Below are positions 54,748 to 55,650 of a DNA stretch of 55,650 nt, piece after piece (position 1 is the stretch's first letter; the number at the start of each line of letters is the position of its first letter). A program made the position numbers and the translations under genes. The stretch is taken from contig JAUWYA010000002.1 in assembly GCA_030616085.1 (NCBI GenBank), positions 1 to 55,650 of the forward strand, given 5' to 3'. The notes under the pieces are model-generated. The model was given only the letters and a program-made list of their open reading frames with translations. It made no database searches and had not been told where the DNA came from. The stretch comes from Candidatus Nealsonbacteria bacterium. GTDB taxonomy: Bacteria; Patescibacteriota; Minisyncoccia; Minisyncoccales; GWA2-38-27.

Positions 54748-55500
54748 TTAAGTTTCAGGAAAAATGTAGATTTTTTCAAATCTTAAATCAATATATTCAA
54801 GATTCTCTCTATTTTCAAGAGAGATTTTTTCTTTTAGCAAAATACCAAACTCTTCTAACTGCCAGTCTAAGTCTCTTTTAGGATTAAAATAGATATTCCA
54901 ATTTTCCATAGTTTCAACATCTATTCTTTTTTCAGATTTTATCAGAATTTCCTTAATAGGAATCTTTAAATCATTTCTTAATACAGAATTGATTTTTAAG
55001 ACCTGGTCTAATTGTTCTTTTTGAATAAGGTCTTTCTCGCTTTTAATAATTAACATTTCCAATGGTTTTTCAGGAATCTCTTCAAAAATCACTGCTTCTT
55101 TGTCAATAAAGAAATACCCTCCATATTTAGAAATAACAGCAACTGGTTTTCTTTCTTCAATCTGAACTAATAAAGAATCAGGGATATCTCTTTTTATACT
55201 TACGCTTGCAATTTGGACATATCTTTTTAAAAGTATTATGTTTATCTTTTTTAAGTCGGCGAGAAAGATATTTTTAGCATTATCTGAAACAATAGTTTTA
55301 ATCTCTTCAGCAGACGTTTTTTCAGTCCCTGAAATCACTATATTCTTTATTTGAAAAACAGAAGAAAAGATAAAAAAATAGGTCAAACCCGATAAGATAA
55401 TAAAAAATAAAAGACCTAGCCAAAAAAACTTATTCTTAAAGATATTAAAAACAGATCTTTTCTTTCTAGTCCTAAATGATTTTTTGTATCTATGCTTCAT
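54748..55500 (-). CDS. ftsQ: Cell division protein FtsQ/DivIB-like
   Basis: Basic N-terminus, TM, POTRA-like F.IKNI.ISG, IEERKP, C-terminal EYIDLRF. Confidence 0.85.
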   Translation of the reverse strand: MKHRYKKSFRTRKKRSVFNIFKNKFFWLGLLFFIILSGLTYFFIFSSVFQIKNIVISGTEKTSAEEIKTIVSDNAKNIFLADLKKINIILLKRYVQIASVSIKRDIPDSLLVQIEERKPVAVISKYGGYFFIDKEAVIFEEIPEKPLEMLIIKSEKDLIQKEQLDQVLKINSVLRNDLKIPIKEILIKSEKRIDVETMENWNIYFNPKRDLDWQLEEFGILLKEKISLENRENLEYIDLRFEKIYIFPET

Positions 55501-55511
55501 GAATCTTCAAG

Positions 55512-55650
55512 TGTTTTAGATACATACATTTTGCACTCCAGATCTAAGGACTTGATTAGGAGTTTTGCCATTTAATCCGCAGTGTTTGGTATCATTGTAA
55601 GTCATATTCCATAGTCTTAATTTGTATCTTAATTCTTCGAATGAATTAAA
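55512..55650 (-). mobile_element. End of an IS481/IS3-like element with transposase C-terminus (partial)
   Basis: 55516-55650 reads FNSFEELRYKLRLWNMTYNDTKHCGLNGKTP...* (YN...H..L...TP integrase-core tail); TGT terminus at 55512. Confidence 0.7.

Overview
AT-rich bacterial window read with the standard genetic code. Gene content (rpmA, pyrG, rplI, ctpA, uppS, grpE-dnaK-dnaJ, ftsQ-like, tRNA-Ala, tRNA-Lys) and style suggest a Patescibacteria/CPR (Parcubacteria-like) chromosome; this assignment is an inference. Four things stand out. (1) A ~13 kb array (555-13913) has one stand-alone PEP-synthase/PPDK-type ATP-grasp gene and eight paralogues, plus one orphan remnant. Each paralogue joins a divergent N-terminal body to a conserved phospho-His swivel domain, and two phosphatases are interleaved. 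It looks like a split, diversified dikinase/phosphotransferase system. (2) A family of tiny inverted-repeat elements (CCCCGTTAGA...TCTAACGGGG, 4-bp target duplications) occurs nine times. Four copies are exactly 59+4=63 bp and sit in frame inside proteins (PyrG, a flavin reductase, and twice in a GT-C glycosyltransferase); others hit or supply start codons. (3) An accessory region ends at tRNA-Ala and shows repeated att-like sites, serine-recombinase C-terminal remnants and spacer repeats between cargo genes (Liv ABC transporter with apparently swapped binding proteins, ECF sigma pair, radical SAM, methyltransferase, NYN, deaminase). (4) Two NYN nuclease genes each face a convergent promoter-driven small structured RNA. 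Also present: an IS200 TnpA element, an IS481-like end, a putative restriction-modification pair, a Cys-repeat secreted protein and several dispersed repeats. All calls were made by eye; no database searches were run.
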